NCBI GenBank assembly: GCA_951406725.2
Contig: OX597824.1
Span: forward strand, 61,318,001 to 61,382,000
DNA: 64,000 nucleotides
Direction: 5' to 3'
Source: Octopus vulgaris
Taxonomy: Eukaryota
Part shown: positions 63,905 to 64,000 of the stretch, piece after piece
How the letters are laid out: the number at the start of each line of letters is the position of its first letter
Numbering within the stretch: the first letter of the stretch is position 1
Made by a program: the position numbers and the translations under genes
Notes under the pieces: generated by a model
What the model saw: only the letters and a program-made list of their open reading frames with translations
The model's database searches: none
What the model was told of the DNA's origin: nothing

Positions 63905-64000
63905 ATTATTTTCATTATTTACATTATTTATATTTGACGGATATTTGTCCTCATCTTGTTTGTTGTTAACACAACGTTTCGGCTGATATACCCTCCAGTC
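63905..64000 (-). mobile_element. Second copy of the 26820-26920 hammerhead-bearing repeat, cut by the window end
   Basis: ATTTGACGGATATTTGTCCTCATCTTGTTTGTTGTTAACACAACGTTTCGGCTGATATACCC contains the GCC-GAA-ACGT-T-GTGT half of the motif. Confidence 0.75.

Overview
Eukaryotic, AT-rich, repeat-dense DNA. The microsatellite load and tRNA-derived SINE families look cephalopod (Octopus-like), which is an inference. Almost all predicted ORFs are microsatellite translations or decayed transposon frames. The only convincing host coding segment is a spliced terminal exon at 31752-32018 (+) resembling the C-terminus of C20orf85/CIMIP1. The rest is decayed mobile DNA: Tc1/mariner, a maT-like and a Chapaev-3-like DNA transposon, non-autonomous Helitrons, CR1/L2-, RTE-, R4/Dong- and Hero-like LINE pieces, SINEs and Penelope-like remnants. 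The most interesting signal is a set of short non-coding elements, in about 5 sequence families, that carry minimal type I hammerhead-ribozyme folds with palindromic stem III. One family (3 copies) has a non-canonical core, GUGAACA, in which the C3-G8 pair is swapped to G3-C8. These elements repeatedly sit in fold-back (inverted) arrangements next to (TA)n tracts, including a ~1.5 kb palindrome, and there are nearby templated insertions of local DNA. All folds were read by eye, and repeat boundaries not tied to TIRs or TSDs are approximate.
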